Assembly: GCA_039809245.1 (NCBI GenBank)
Contig: JBDHUP010000005.1
Span: forward strand, 1 to 39,627
Source of the DNA: Minisyncoccia bacterium
GTDB lineage: Bacteria; Patescibacteriota; Minisyncoccia; Phycocordibacterales; UBA9973
Length of the DNA stretch: 39,627 bases
Direction: 5' to 3'
Shown: positions 1 through 8,748 of the stretch, one piece after another
How the letters are laid out: the number at the start of each line of letters is the position of its first letter
Position numbering within the stretch: the first letter of the stretch is position 1
Notes under the pieces: generated by a model
What the model was told of the DNA's origin: nothing
The model's input: the letters and a program-made list of their open reading frames with translations, nothing else
Databases searched by the model: none
Position numbers and translations under genes: made by a program

Positions 1-3000
1 AGCTCTGGTGATGCTCTTGTTGTTTATTCTGCCAATGCAAGCGGTAGTGATGAGTTATTGTATCAAACTTGGGATGGAGTTACTTGGTCTGGAGCACAAA
101 CCCACAGCACATTAAGAACGAATGGAACAATATATGGAATTAAAGGAGCAGAAAGAAGTAGTTCAAATGAAATCGGAATTGTGTGGGTAGATACGAATTT
201 AAATATGTCGACAGATCTTTGGGATGGAAGTGCATGGTATGGAGAACCGAGTGCTAGTTTATGTTCAGGTGCACTCTGTACTATTGCGCGTACCGGGGGT
301 GCATCACCATCATCTGTTCCTACCCAAAGAGGTTATGACCTTGCTTTTGAATCACAGTCAGGTGACCTTATGGTGGTATGGGGAAATGATAGTTTAAGTA
401 CTACTCAAACTGATCCAAGATATATTATTAAAACAGCTGGTGGTTCATGGGGAGCTGCAGCTGGAACTGCTATTGCTAAATTAACAGAAGATGGAGAAAT
501 GCTCGATATATCTCCAAGTCCTGCTTCAGATAGAATTGCCCTAACAACTTGTGCTGTCGACTCTGGAGCAGATTGTAACTTCATTGTTTGGAGTGGAACT
601 GCATGGGGGACAGTTGCAAGTGATACAACATCAGGGACTATGATCGCCGGTGAAAGTAGTAACAATACCGAGTGGCTAGTCGATGGCGCAAATGAAGTTG
701 CGATCATGACTTATGGAGACGCTGCCGCTGCTGGTATCGACTGGTACACATCGACAAATGGAGGAACTCCTGTTGCTCAAACTGACAACAACGTCTCGCC
801 AATCATGGGAGCGGTTGCTGAACGTGCTGGGTTTTCGAAAGCATTTCCAAATGATCCATCCAAAGCCTTATTCATATTTGAAGACAACAACTCTGATGTT
901 TGGGTAAAGATTGCAAGATTACGCGGAACTCTGGTTTCTTGGTTAACTCCAGCTGGTGTTTCTGCTGCAATAGAAACAAACGCTTCAGTGATTGGTTTCA
1001 ATCCTGTTGGTTTTGGATTTAATAGATATGTATATGTGGCTCCTTCCATTTGTACATCTCAAGTGTCATCTGGAAACTGGAATACTGTTGGTACTTGGGA
1101 TTGTGGACACGTTCCTACATCTTCTGACGACGTAGTTATTGATGTCGGAGATTCTATAACAATGGATATAAATTCCGACTCTCTTCCATCTCTGACTGTA
1201 AATGGTACTCTAAATACTTCCGGTACAAACTATGATCTAACATCAGCTAGTATAAGTATAGGAAGTGCTGGATCTCTTATTGCCAATAATTCTGCAATTA
1301 ATATCACTGGAACTTCTGGAACACTTTTTACCAAGGATCCTAGTGGTACATTTACTGCGGGTGGCTCAACTTTGACTTTATCTGGGAACGGAACAGCTAC
1401 GGTAAACTCTGGAAATATTACTTTGAATAATTTAACTTTATCTGGTACAGGGACAAAGACACTAGGAGGTGATTTAACACTAGGAGGTGATTTAACTATT
1501 TCTGCAGGAACTTTCAATCCTTCTACATATGTACTAATAGTAACTGGAAATAGTTCTATTACTGGAACATTTAATGATAGTTCTGCAACTGGATCAAATA
1601 CTTTTATCGACACTGTTACTATTAATAATGGGGGAACATGGGGAACAAATACTGCAAACTCTGCTTATACATTTAGAGGAGGACTAACGGTTAATTCAAC
1701 ATCTACTTTTACATCTGGTAGTGGTACTTATACTTTTGATACTAATGCTCAAACAATTGGCGGAACACAATCTTTCACAATTACAAACTTAACTAATAGT
1801 ATTACAACAAGCACAGGTTTAACTTTCTCTTCAAACAATCCAACCGTTACTACTCTTACTCAAGGGACAAGTGCTGTTATAACATTCTCAGGAACTATTC
1901 CAACTATTACAACACTTACTGCAACCGCAAGTCCAAACACGGTTAATTACTCTGGTGCAAGTCAGACTGTTAAGGGTACAACTTACCATAACTTAACCTT
2001 ATCCGGTACAGGAGCAAAAACTACAACAGGTATAACTGTAAATGGAACATTTACAGTTGGAGGAGATGCTAGTGTAACAGTCTCCGACGTTCCAACCTAT
2101 GGATCTTCTGCAGCACTTAAATATGACAAGTCAGCTTCATTTACGACAGGAGTAGAATGGCCTTCGACTTTCTCTGCAAGTGGTGGAGTAAACATTAATT
2201 CAAATAGTGTCACTTTAGGTGGAGCTAAAATTCTTGATGATGGAGTACCGCTTCTGATTAGCTCAGGTGCTACACTCGACACTTCAGGATCAAACTATCA
2301 ATTAACTTTAGGTGGTAACTTTACTAAAACAGGGGCAACATTTACTGCGAATGCTTCACCAATAGTTATCTCCGGCACCTCCGCTCAATCCATCGCAGGA
2401 TTTACCACTACAGGTGCAGTTACATCAACAAAAACAGGAGGTACTGCAACACTTCAAGGAGCAGTTAGTGCAGGAACACTTACTGTAAATGGAGCAGGTG
2501 GAACATTAAATTTAGGATCAGGTCTCACCCACACAATTTCAGGAGCAATAACATTAACCGAAGGTACACTCGATGGTGGATCAAGTAATATCAATGCTGA
2601 TTCATTTTCTTCTTCAAACACAAACACTAGAACTCTTAATATGGGTAGTGGAACTTGGACGCTTAGTGGTACTGGAGGCTCAATTACTTACTCTGCATGG
2701 AACCCTTCAGACAAATCTGTAAATGTATCATTATCTAATAATGATTTAACTGCAAGTAGAGGGGGAGGTGTTGGTAATGTAAGAGCAACTCAAGGGGTAT
2801 CTAGCGGTAAATGGTATTGGGAAATAAAAAATATTTCCACAGGATTTAGTTATGACCAATGGATGGGTATTGCCAATTCTTCTGCTAGTTTATCTAATGC
2901 TCCAGGTCAAGGAGATGTAAATAGTTGGGCTATTGCAGTAGATGGTGGGGATTACTATCATAACGGATTTCTAGGACTTGCAAGTAATGGTACATGGCCT

Positions 3001-4005
3001 TCAGCAACTTCAGATACTTTTGGTTTTGCTCTAGATATGGATGCGGGTACATTAAAAGTTTATCAAAATAATAATATTATAATTCCACAGTCTGGAGTTT
3101 CTGGTGACCCATTATTTACTGGTATAAATGGTACTATTTATCCAATTATGTTTGTTAATGGTGAGAATACTGTTTCTACTGCTAATTTTGGTCAATCTCT
3201 AACTTATTCTCCACCAGCCGGATATAATCCTGGTCTCTATGCCGGGTCTAGTGGTCCTGTTTGGGACGCTTCAACCTCAACTGGCCTAACAGTAAATGGT
3301 GGTACCTCAACTATAAAATTAACAGATTCTTCTTCAGCAGATAAAACATTCTCTGGAGGAGGTAAGACATATAACAATTTTTGGTTTGCACCAGGATCAG
3401 GAACTGGAAGTCTAACTATAGTAGGAGATAACACTTTCAATGACTTCAAAGATGATGGATCAGTTGCTCATTCAATACTGTTTACTACTGGATCGACTCA
3501 GCATTTTGGGTCTTGGCATGTTTCAGGCCATTCTGGCCAACTTATATCAATAAATAGTACGACTACAGGTACTCACTCCCTATATATGGATGGATCAGGT
3601 GCTTCGAATGTAGATTATTTAAATATACAACACTCAGTTGCTAGTCCTTTTGGTAAATGGCTTGCTGGAGATAATAGTGTAGATAATAACTCTGTAGCAA
3701 CAGCGGGAAGTGGATGGTTGTTTAAGACACTGACTATTTATCGAGGTGGCGGAGGTAGTACTGAAACAGATAATGGTACTGGTTCTGGAAATTGTGCCGA
3801 TGGAATTCAGAATGGAAATGAAACAGGAGTAGATACCGGAGGAAGATGTTCTAATACTGGCGGCGGCGGCGGTGGTGGTACTGGCGGCGGCGGTGGTGGA
3901 GGTGGAGGTGATACTGGATTTTTGTATGGTAGAGGTAGAATGCTCGCTTCTGTTGGATACTTTAGTATTCCAGATATTTTAAGATATCTTTTTAAAATTT
4001 TTTAA
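1..4005 (+). CDS. Giant secreted/surface repeat protein with an embedded SPRY domain and a poly-Gly tail. It is 5'-partial: the frame is open from base 1, and the listed TTG at 58 is probably internal.
   Basis: Frame 1 has no stop from nt 1 to the TAA at 4003-4005. The N-terminal part repeats W-x-G-x-x-W-type motifs (YQTWDGVTWSG, LWDGSAWYG, FIVWSGTAWG). The middle ~500 aa are Thr/Gly/Ser/Asn-rich short repeats of the kind seen in beta-helix adhesins (TLSGNGTATV, LTLSGTGTKTLGGDLTLGGDLTISAGTF). The SPRY signature GKWYWEI is present, and the C-terminus carries GGGGGGGTGGGGGGGGG followed by a short hydrophobic/aromatic tail. Confidence 0.85.
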   Translation, partial: SSGDALVVYSANASGSDELLYQTWDGVTWSGAQTHSTLRTNGTIYGIKGAERSSSNEIGIVWVDTNLNMSTDLWDGSAWYGEPSASLCSGALCTIARTGGASPSSVPTQRGYDLAFESQSGDLMVVWGNDSLSTTQTDPRYIIKTAGGSWGAAAGTAIAKLTEDGEMLDISPSPASDRIALTTCAVDSGADCNFIVWSGTAWGTVASDTTSGTMIAGESSNNTEWLVDGANEVAIMTYGDAAAAGIDWYTSTNGGTPVAQTDNNVSPIMGAVAERAGFSKAFPNDPSKALFIFEDNNSDVWVKIARLRGTLVSWLTPAGVSAAIETNASVIGFNPVGFGFNRYVYVAPSICTSQVSSGNWNTVGTWDCGHVPTSSDDVVIDVGDSITMDINSDSLPSLTVNGTLNTSGTNYDLTSASISIGSAGSLIANNSAINITGTSGTLFTKDPSGTFTAGGSTLTLSGNGTATVNSGNITLNNLTLSGTGTKTLGGDLTLGGDLTISAGTFNPSTYVLIVTGNSSITGTFNDSSATGSNTFIDTVTINNGGTWGTNTANSAYTFRGGLTVNSTSTFTSGSGTYTFDTNAQTIGGTQSFTITNLTNSITTSTGLTFSSNNPTVTTLTQGTSAVITFSGTIPTITTLTATASPNTVNYSGASQTVKGTTYHNLTLSGTGAKTTTGITVNGTFTVGGDASVTVSDVPTYGSSAALKYDKSASFTTGVEWPSTFSASGGVNINSNSVTLGGAKILDDGVPLLISSGATLDTSGSNYQLTLGGNFTKTGATFTANASPIVISGTSAQSIAGFTTTGAVTSTKTGGTATLQGAVSAGTLTVNGAGGTLNLGSGLTHTISGAITLTEGTLDGGSSNINADSFSSSNTNTRTLNMGSGTWTLSGTGGSITYSAWNPSDKSVNVSLSNNDLTASRGGGVGNVRATQGVSSGKWYWEIKNISTGFSYDQWMGIANSSASLSNAPGQGDVNSWAIAVDGGDYYHNGFLGLASNGTWPSATSDTFGFALDMDAGTLKVYQNNNIIIPQSGVSGDPLFTGINGTIYPIMFVNGENTVSTANFGQSLTYSPPAGYNPGLYAGSSGPVWDASTSTGLTVNGGTSTIKLTDSSSADKTFSGGGKTYNNFWFAPGSGTGSLTIVGDNTFNDFKDDGSVAHSILFTTGSTQHFGSWHVSGHSGQLISINSTTTGTHSLYMDGSGASNVDYLNIQHSVASPFGKWLAGDNSVDNNSVATAGSGWLFKTLTIYRGGGGSTETDNGTGSGNCADGIQNGNETGVDTGGRCSNTGGGGGGGTGGGGGGGGGDTGFLYGRGRMLASVGYFSIPDILRYLFKIF
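1462..1497 (+). repeat. Tandem 2 x 18-nt duplication inside the giant gene (encodes LGGDLT LGGDLT)
   Basis: ctaggaggtgatttaaca is followed directly by ctaggaggtgatttaact, with 17 of 18 positions identical. Confidence 0.9.
2704..3235 (+). other. SPRY (B30.2-like) domain embedded in the giant surface protein
   Basis: The translated segment is NPSDKSVNVSLSNNDLTASRGGG..RATQGVSSGKWYWEIK...SWAIAVDGGDYYHNG...SDTFGFALDMDAGTLKVYQNN...IYPIMFV...STANFGQSLTYSPPAGY. It follows the classic SPRY pattern (GKWYWEV core, D-x-D-x-GTL strand, NFG..F.Y.PP.GY end). Confidence 0.75.
3859..3909 (+). repeat. GGC/GGT simple-sequence tract encoding poly-Gly
   Basis: ggcggcggcggcggtggtggtactggcggcggcggtggtggaggtggaggt, read in the frame of the giant ORF. 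Confidence 0.95.
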
Positions 4006-4023
4006 TTGAAAAATAAGATTTAA

Positions 4024-4052
4024 TTGCTGAAATCCCTTGTTTGACTTATAAT
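4024..4052 (+). promoter_or_regulatory. Candidate sigma70-type promoter (TTGCTG - 17 nt - TATAAT)
   Basis: ttgctg lies at 4024-4029, followed by a 17-nt spacer and tataat at 4047-4052. This is 15 nt upstream of the ATG at 4067. Confidence 0.45.
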
Positions 4053-4066
4053 ACATAGAGCACTAT

Positions 4067-4492
4067 ATGATCCCCATGACTAAGCGTAAATTTATAAATA
4101 TTGTTACGTCAGTGATAGTCATTACTTCACTCCTATTTGGCGGCTATTTTTATTACCAGTTTCATAAGCTTAAAAGTAGTCCTAATCTTCAAGTCCAGAA
4201 AGAAGCTCAAGATTTACTCTCAAAGGTTGCTCAAATATACCTTATTCCAACAGGTGAAGAGCCAACCATCGCAACAGTTTCTGATCCAAATGCTCTAAAG
4301 AATCAATCATTCTTTACACAATCTCAAAAAGGTGACAAAGTTCTAATATTCTCACAAGCTGGTAGAGCTGTTCTTTATCGTCCAAGTATAAATAAGATTA
4401 TAGAGACAACCCCAATTAACAATAATAAAAATGATCAAAATACCCAACCACCTGAAGAGACTTCAAGTCCACTCAAAGATAAGAGTTTCTAA
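4067..4492 (+). CDS. Small N-terminally membrane-anchored hypothetical protein
   Basis: The 141-aa ORF has a basic N-terminus followed by a TM segment (INIVTSVIVITSLLFGGYFYY), then a soluble domain and a low-complexity N/Q/P tail. I do not recognise a family. Confidence 0.6.
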   Translation: MIPMTKRKFINIVTSVIVITSLLFGGYFYYQFHKLKSSPNLQVQKEAQDLLSKVAQIYLIPTGEEPTIATVSDPNALKNQSFFTQSQKGDKVLIFSQAGRAVLYRPSINKIIETTPINNNKNDQNTQPPEETSSPLKDKSF

Positions 4493-5516
4493 ATATTTTT
4501 TACCGAGCTTAATCATAGTCTCTGTACTTTTGCCTGCTTCATATATATATGCAGCTCTTTCTTGTAGTGTTACTACTCAGACTTCTTGCAATACTAGTGG
4601 TTACACTACGCTCTTGCGCATGTCTGGTTCAACTAATGGTCACGCAGAACTCCCAAGTCAATCAAACAGTAATTACGACGCGAATGTAGTTTGTTGTTCG
4701 GGTATTTCCTCTCTCGGGAATTCATGTTCAGGTAATTATCAAATTTTTAATAAAATCTCAGCAGTAACAAATGCTCATGTTCAAGAAACAAGTGTAAATA
4801 CTTATGGTACAAATGCGTGTATATCTGATTCAATAGGGAATGATACGATAACTGTTGGTTATCAGAACACAAATTGTTCAGGTTACGATACGACACTTTT
4901 ATCAATGTCAGCATCTGATAATGCTTCTGTTGGCGATGGATCAGCTTACACAAGAAAAGTTTGCGCTACAGTGACTCAACCAACTCTAACTTTCGATTTA
5001 GATACTGCATCAGATTTTCATAACGGTGAATCAAGTGCTCCTTACTCAGTCGCTCTTGGGACTTTGACTACAGGGTCCGTAGCTGTTTCAGATGACTCAT
5101 CTATAAGAATGATAGTTGCGGAAGGTGATACAAATGCTGCTGGTGGAATGATTGTTACAGTTATGAATACAAATGGTGCAAGTGGACTAAAATCTGTGTC
5201 TGTTCCAGCCGACACAATCCCAAGTGCTACTGCACCAATGGCTGCTGGTACTGCAAACTATGGACTATGTGTAGCATCTTCAGGTCTAACTGGATTTTCA
5301 AGAGCCACAGCTTATAACACAACATGTGCTCTAGCTTCTGGTACGAATAATGTCGTAGGATTAACTTCAACTCCAGCAGATATTCTAAACTCAGCTGGCG
5401 CTCCGGTAACATCTGCTCATGCTGAAATAGTGGTAAATGCAGCTATAGATTCTGTAACACCAGCACATTCAGATTATGAAGATAAGTTGACATTTATTGC
5501 GACAGGTACGTTTTAA
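4431..5516 (+). CDS. Secreted surface protein, paralog A: Cys-rich variable N-domain plus conserved C-terminal module
   Basis: The signal-like N-terminus is YFLPSLIIVSVLLPASYIYA/AL. The N-domain has 11 Cys with repeated motifs (TLLRMSGSTNGHAE, KISAVTNAHVQE, TLLSMSASDNASVGD). The C-terminal ~176 aa are about 88% identical, by hand alignment, to the C-terminus of 5623..6789. The start overlaps the previous ORF by 62 nt, so the start is uncertain. Confidence 0.7.
   Translation: MIKIPNHLKRLQVHSKIRVSKYFLPSLIIVSVLLPASYIYAALSCSVTTQTSCNTSGYTTLLRMSGSTNGHAELPSQSNSNYDANVVCCSGISSLGNSCSGNYQIFNKISAVTNAHVQETSVNTYGTNACISDSIGNDTITVGYQNTNCSGYDTTLLSMSASDNASVGDGSAYTRKVCATVTQPTLTFDLDTASDFHNGESSAPYSVALGTLTTGSVAVSDDSSIRMIVAEGDTNAAGGMIVTVMNTNGASGLKSVSVPADTIPSATAPMAAGTANYGLCVASSGLTGFSRATAYNTTCALASGTNNVVGLTSTPADILNSAGAPVTSAHAEIVVNAAIDSVTPAHSDYEDKLTFIATGTF
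4987..5516 (+). repeat. Copy 1 of a ~530-nt direct repeat (3' module shared by the two paralogous genes)
   Basis: It aligns without gaps to 6260..6789. The alignment includes long identical runs, such as actttcgatttagatactgcatcagattttcataacggtgaatcaagtgctccttactcagtcgctcttgg and cttcaactccagcagatattctaaactcagctggcgctccggtaacatctgctcatgctgaaatagtggtaaatgcagctata. Confidence 0.9.
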
Positions 5517-5569
5517 TGTTATATAAGTTATCCCCAGCATTAATTTATATATCTTTTCCTTGTTTTTTA

Positions 5570-5578
5570 TGTTAAAAT
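5570..5578 (+). promoter_or_regulatory. Candidate extended -10 element (TGtTAAAAT) upstream of paralog B
   Basis: tgttaaaat sits at 5570-5578 in the 106-nt AT-rich spacer. I found no convincing -35. Confidence 0.3.
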
Positions 5579-5622
5579 ATAGGTACATTAGTTAAAAATT
5601 TATTATTAATTATTTATTTTTT

Positions 5623-6789
5623 ATGAGTATATATAAGTCAGAAAGGTCTGTTCTATCAAAGTTTATAAGTGCTATTACAATTCTCTCTCTTGTAGCTGTT
5701 TTAGTTGCTCCTGCTAAGATCGCAGTTGCTGCCTCTTTGACGACTTTATACGATGTTCAATCTAGAATGGAAGCAAGTACTGCAAGTGATCATACTATTT
5801 ACTTTAAAACTCCTTCAGGAGTGGCAAGTGGAGGTACAATCACTTATACATTCTCGGCTGGATTTACAGGTATAGGTTCAATGGTTGGTGCAGATTTTGA
5901 CCTCGCTGTTGCTACCACAAACGCTGCTTGTACATCTGCTTCATATACAGAACAAAGCGTAGTTACATCTTCTCCTTCTACATCACAATTCAGTATAGCT
6001 GGTTCAGGTCAAGTAGTTACAGTTACTTCAGGAGGCGCCAGTGCAACTATTGCCGCTGATCGCTGTGTTAGATTGAAAGCAGGTTTAAATGCTACTGATA
6101 CAACAGGTTCTGGTCCAGGTACTCATCAAATAACAAACGGTGCTATTGGTTCTACTGATACTATTACTATCGCAGGAAGTTTCGGTGATACAGGTTCAAT
6201 CACTGAAGATATAATAGATAGTGATCAGGTTAGTATTACTGCAGATGTTGGACAATCTTTGACTTTCGATTTAGATACTGCATCAGATTTTCATAACGGT
6301 GAATCAAGTGCTCCTTACTCAGTCGCTCTTGGAACTTTGACTACAGGATCAGTTACTCACTCTGATGATACAGCGATAAGAATGATAGTTGCGGAAGGTG
6401 ATACAAGTGCATCAGGTGGTATGGTTGTAACAGTTAGGAATACTAATGGCGCTAGTGGGCTAGTTTCAACTGGAACTCCAGCCGATACAATCCCAAGTGC
6501 TACAGCAACTATGGCTGCTGGAACTGCAAACTATGGACTATGCGTAGCATCTTCAGGTTTAACTGGATTTTCAAGAGCCACAGCTTATAATACATCATGC
6601 GCTCTAGCTTCTGGTACAAATGCTGTAGTAGGTCTAACTTCAACTCCAGCAGATATTCTAAACTCAGCTGGCGCTCCGGTAACATCTGCTCATGCTGAAA
6701 TAGTGGTAAATGCAGCTATAAGTACTGCGACTCCTGCTCATCCTGATTATACTGATCGTCTTACATTTATAGCGACAGGTACATTCTAA
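5623..6789 (+). CDS. Secreted surface protein, paralog B: different N-domain plus the same conserved C-terminal module
   Basis: The signal/anchor is FISAITILSLVAVLVAPAKIAVAAS. The N-domain (SLTTLYDVQSRMEASTASDHTIYFKTPSGVASGGTITYTFSAGF...) is unrelated to paralog A. The C-terminal module, from LTFDLDTASDFHNGESSAPYSVALGTLTTGSV to LTFIATGTF, is shared with 4431..5516. Confidence 0.8.
   Translation: MSIYKSERSVLSKFISAITILSLVAVLVAPAKIAVAASLTTLYDVQSRMEASTASDHTIYFKTPSGVASGGTITYTFSAGFTGIGSMVGADFDLAVATTNAACTSASYTEQSVVTSSPSTSQFSIAGSGQVVTVTSGGASATIAADRCVRLKAGLNATDTTGSGPGTHQITNGAIGSTDTITIAGSFGDTGSITEDIIDSDQVSITADVGQSLTFDLDTASDFHNGESSAPYSVALGTLTTGSVTHSDDTAIRMIVAEGDTSASGGMVVTVRNTNGASGLVSTGTPADTIPSATATMAAGTANYGLCVASSGLTGFSRATAYNTSCALASGTNAVVGLTSTPADILNSAGAPVTSAHAEIVVNAAISTATPAHPDYTDRLTFIATGTF
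6260..6789 (+). repeat. Copy 2 of the ~530-nt direct repeat
   Basis: See 4987..5516. Confidence 0.9.
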
Positions 6790-6814
6790 TTTTAACTAAG
6801 GTAACTTATTAGTA

Positions 6815-7843
6815 ATGAAATCTTACTTCCACAACAGGAATATTCTGATAATTTTCGTAATGATACTAATAGGTGTTTTCTATGGTTCAAATCATGTTTA
6901 CGCTCTAACTATAAGCCCTGTCAGAATTGAAGTTAGTGGTAATCCAGGGGAAACAATATCTGAAGATATTTTAATAAAGAATGAGAGTGAATCTACCATG
7001 ACTTACTATTCTTCGTTCTCAAACTTTCAATCACAAGGTGAATCAGGAACTCCTTCTTTTGTTGATGCAAAAGATGATTTAGGTACATGGATGGATACAG
7101 CTACATCCATTGTCTTGAAGGGAAGTGAGTCAAAGTATATAAAATTAAATATTACTATTCCAAATAATGCAGAACCAGGTGGACATTTCGCTGCTGTTTT
7201 TTGGGGTACTAATCCTAATGATACCAAAGGAGTTTCTATTGGTGCAAAAACAGGTACTCTGATTCTTTTGTCTGTTAATGGAGATGTGAAAGAAAGTGCA
7301 GGGTTAGTCGATTTCTCTACGAAGGATAACAAATTTTGGTACAATACATTACCGGTGTCATTTACTTATAGATTCAGGAACGATGGAGGTGATCGTATTA
7401 AACCAGTAGGTAAGATTACGATGCGAGATCTAGTCTATCTTCCAGCTGCTCGTATAGATGCAAATCCATCAAATGGTAACATTCTTCCAAACAGTACTAG
7501 GAGATTCGATGTAGATTGGGTAAAACATCCAAGACCTAAAGATTACATTTCACCAACAGGTACAATAAATAAATTCTTCGATCAAGCATTGTATCAATGG
7601 AGAAATTTTGCTATGGGACCATACTTTGTAAAAATGAGCTTACTCTATGGAACAGAAGCAAGTAGGATATCAAAAAATGTTTTCATTTTTGTATTTCCAT
7701 GGCAGTTAATTTTATGCCTTCTTATTATATTTATAATAGTATTCTGGGGTGGAAAGAAACTCATCAAACGCTACAATAGGCATATTATAAAGAAGGCACG
7801 CGCTGGTATGAACACACCAAACGATTTGCCTTCTCATGTATAA
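6815..7843 (+). CDS. Membrane-anchored surface protein with two Ig-like/PapD-like domains (architecture resembles DUF916/DUF3324 proteins of Firmicute WxL loci)
   Basis: It has a signal peptide (ILIIFVMILIGVFYGSNHVYA/LT) and a beta-rich ectodomain (ISPVRIEVSGNPGETISEDILIKNESESTMTY...NITIPNNAEPGGHFAAVFWGT). A C-terminal TM segment (WQLILCLLIIFIIVFWGG) is followed by a basic tail (KKLIKRYNRHIIKKAR). The family assignment rests on architecture only. Confidence 0.7.
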   Translation: MKSYFHNRNILIIFVMILIGVFYGSNHVYALTISPVRIEVSGNPGETISEDILIKNESESTMTYYSSFSNFQSQGESGTPSFVDAKDDLGTWMDTATSIVLKGSESKYIKLNITIPNNAEPGGHFAAVFWGTNPNDTKGVSIGAKTGTLILLSVNGDVKESAGLVDFSTKDNKFWYNTLPVSFTYRFRNDGGDRIKPVGKITMRDLVYLPAARIDANPSNGNILPNSTRRFDVDWVKHPRPKDYISPTGTINKFFDQALYQWRNFAMGPYFVKMSLLYGTEASRISKNVFIFVFPWQLILCLLIIFIIVFWGGKKLIKRYNRHIIKKARAGMNTPNDLPSHV

Positions 7844-8726
7844 AAAATATATAGTAAAAATTTTATATTCTTTCCTGTTTGCGACTCTACTTTTTTCGCA
7901 ATCTGTTTATGCTGGGACTATAGTTAGTTCACCTATAGATGTAAGTGTATCCGCAAAAGTTGGTATAGATATAATAGTTCCACCAGATGATGGAGGAGGT
8001 GGAGGTAGTGGTTTCCCTACGGGAGTTATATTTTCTGGTTGGGCTTATCCAGGAGCCAGTGTGCATGTTTGGAAAAATGGTGCCCCTAAAGATACCACAA
8101 TAGCAAGGCCGGATGGTTACTTTACAATAAGACTAAATGAAATATATAATCCGAATATATTCTACACTCTGTATGCTATAGATAAGGACAGTAGAAGATC
8201 ATTACTTTTGAATTATCCAATCGTTGTAAAAGCTGGATATTTAACGCAAATAAGTGGAATTAGATTTGCTCCTACAATAGAGACAGATAAGACTGAAGTA
8301 AAATTTGGAGATAGTATAACTGTCTTAGGCTATGCTTTACCTAGCACTCCTATTGTTCTAACTGTAGAAAAATTTCAAGATAGAGTATTTCACTTTATGA
8401 GTAATAGTGACGGTACTTATAGTATAAACCTACCGCTTGATGGTCTAAAAAAAGGCGATTATAAATTGTATGTTAATTATGAAAATGATAATAGAATAAG
8501 TAAGGTCATACAGTTTACGATAGGAGATGTGAATGTTCCAAGCGTTCTTCTTACTAATAATATTCCAGGGGACTGTAATGCTGATAGCATTATCAATATT
8601 ATAGATTTCTCTGTTGCGGCTTTTTGGTATGGAAAGAAGAATCCTCCACGATGTATAGATACAAATAATGATAATAAGATAGATTTGATAGACTTCTCTA
8701 TATTAGCGTTCTATTGGACTGGTTAA
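7836..8726 (+). CDS. Secreted protein with Ig-like (carboxypeptidase-regulatory-like) domains and a C-terminal type-I-like dockerin
   Basis: The signal peptide is ILYSFLFATLLFSQSVYA/GT. The last 52 aa contain two 12-residue F-hand loops, DCNADSIINIID (8571-8606) and DTNNDNKIDLID (8658-8693). Both have D/N at positions 1, 3, 5, 9 and 12, and each is followed by a DFS-helix (IIDFSVAAFWYG, LIDFSILAFYW). The ATG overlaps the stop of the upstream gene (ATGTATAA). Confidence 0.8.
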   Translation: MYKKYIVKILYSFLFATLLFSQSVYAGTIVSSPIDVSVSAKVGIDIIVPPDDGGGGGSGFPTGVIFSGWAYPGASVHVWKNGAPKDTTIARPDGYFTIRLNEIYNPNIFYTLYAIDKDSRRSLLLNYPIVVKAGYLTQISGIRFAPTIETDKTEVKFGDSITVLGYALPSTPIVLTVEKFQDRVFHFMSNSDGTYSINLPLDGLKKGDYKLYVNYENDNRISKVIQFTIGDVNVPSVLLTNNIPGDCNADSIINIIDFSVAAFWYGKKNPPRCIDTNNDNKIDLIDFSILAFYWTG

Positions 8727-8748
8727 TGGTATAATAATATATAAGATT

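Noticed and set aside
405-3449. Minus-strand and alternate-frame ORFs inside the giant surface gene (405..707, 713..907, 777..1049, 1230..1613, 2097..2282, 3237..3449)
   Set aside because: All are nested in a continuous 4-kb ORF with clear domain content. Their translations are low-complexity mirror images of Thr/Gly/Ser-rich repeats, and none has an independent signal.
4987-6789. Diversity-generating retroelement (TR/VR pair) as the explanation for the two ~530-nt repeats
   Set aside because: Differences between the copies occur at all four bases and are spread along the module rather than concentrated at adenine positions in a short VR. No reverse transcriptase is nearby.
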